Virus record (IMG/VR): IMGVR_UViG_3300018476_000016
Coordinates: 1-55,110 of that record
Source: a virus
Lineage: Duplodnaviria; Caudoviricetes
Direction: 5' to 3' (one strand)
Length of the DNA stretch: 55,110 nucleotides
Shown: piece by piece, positions 54,574 through 55,110 of the stretch
Layout: every line of letters starts with the position of its first letter
Position numbering within the stretch: the stretch's first letter is position 1
The notes under the pieces: generated by a model
What the model saw: only the letters and a program-made list of their open reading frames with translations
What the model was told of the DNA's origin: nothing
Databases searched by the model: none
Position numbers and translations under genes: made by a program

Positions 54574-54638
54574 ACCTCACCTACCCCCTGCCGGGTTTCG
54601 TGGCCCTACGGCCACGGCGCGCGGGCGCAATCGCTATC

Positions 54639-54899
54639 TCAGGCATTCTTGGCCCGTCTCCTCTTGGCAATCCGCTCCCGGAAGTCGGCAACCTTGGTGT
54701 GGTCCGTGGGCCACCGCCAGATGCCACCGTCCTCCACGAGACCCTTGGTGCTGGGATCCAGGCAGTGTCCGTGCTCGCGGTGCAGGTCGAAGCCTGAAGC
54801 GCCGCCGAACAGCCGACAGCACGTGGGGCACAGCGCCTGTGACGGGGTCGGGGACCTGCCACAGCGTCTCATGCCAGGTAATGGTGCCTGGTCGGTCAT
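54639..54899 (-). CDS. Phage FDxHR zinc-binding protein
   Basis: C..C.R.FGG..GFDLHR...CLDP; GAGGAG RBS. Confidence 0.75.
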   Translation of the reverse strand: MTDQAPLPGMRRCGRSPTPSQALCPTCCRLFGGASGFDLHREHGHCLDPSTKGLVEDGGIWRWPTDHTKVADFRERIAKRRRAKNA

Positions 54900-54907
54900 C
54901 TTACTCC

Positions 54908-54997
54908 TCATTTCCCACTCACTCTGACCACGGTGGCGACGTAGCAGCCCACGAGGACCACTGCCACCAACAGCATCAGTACGAAGACTCTCCTCAT
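54908..54997 (-). CDS. Small membrane peptide starting inside the right terminal repeat
   Basis: MRRVFVLMLLVAVVLVGCYVATVVRVSGK; uses the mirror image of ATG 114. Confidence 0.5.
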   Translation of the reverse strand: MRRVFVLMLLVAVVLVGCYVATVVRVSGK

Positions 54998-55110
54998 CCC
55001 CCCACCTTACCCCCCACCCCTCCCCCGGAACAAGGTGCCCTCCCCCCTGGGCGGCTCGGATCCACCAATGTCGCATGGTTCTCTCCGTCTACCCGTCTCG
55101 TCTTTGATTC
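54988..55110 (-). repeat. Right terminal inverted repeat (123 bp)
   Basis: Exact reverse complement of 1-123. Confidence 0.97.

Larger units (their letters stand above)
1..55110. mobile_element. Tailed dsDNA actinobacteriophage genome (siphovirus-like), apparently complete
   Basis: Ordered terminase-portal-MuF-protease-capsid-tail-tape measure module plus primase/helicase; no host housekeeping genes; ends are inverted repeats. Confidence 0.93.

Overview
The window looks like a complete or near-complete, high-GC, ~55 kb tailed actinobacteriophage genome. The host is probably a filamentous actinomycete (Micromonospora/Streptomyces-like), inferred from DUF397, WhiB-like, I36 and endolysin types. 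It is bounded by perfect 123-bp terminal inverted repeats. Layout: (1) 114-13182 (+), an accessory arm of small genes (SLOG/YspA, two DUF397, Excalibur lipoprotein, RusA, DUF6221, methyltransferase, two convergent secreted I36-type inhibitors flanking a tRNA-fMet, SPFH). (2) 46880-13179 (-), a late arm: terminase, portal, MuF, protease, endolysin, ADP-ribosyltransferase polyprotein, hexamer/pentamer-type capsid proteins and tail genes, then an NDP-sugar synthesis/glycosyltransferase/methyltransferase cluster and a holin. (3) 47154-54139 (+), a replication arm: HTH, Cas4-like exonuclease, HNH, SSB-like, primase-helicase, two ParB-superfamily proteins. (4) A short inward-facing (-) operon from the right repeat. 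No integrase, DNA polymerase, protelomerase, ParA or small terminase was recognised. Most notable: the G-rich inverted termini, the branched-sugar glycosylation cluster, three structured non-coding RNA candidates at operon starts, and a set of host-development-like genes. All protein calls are motif recognition by eye; no searches were run.
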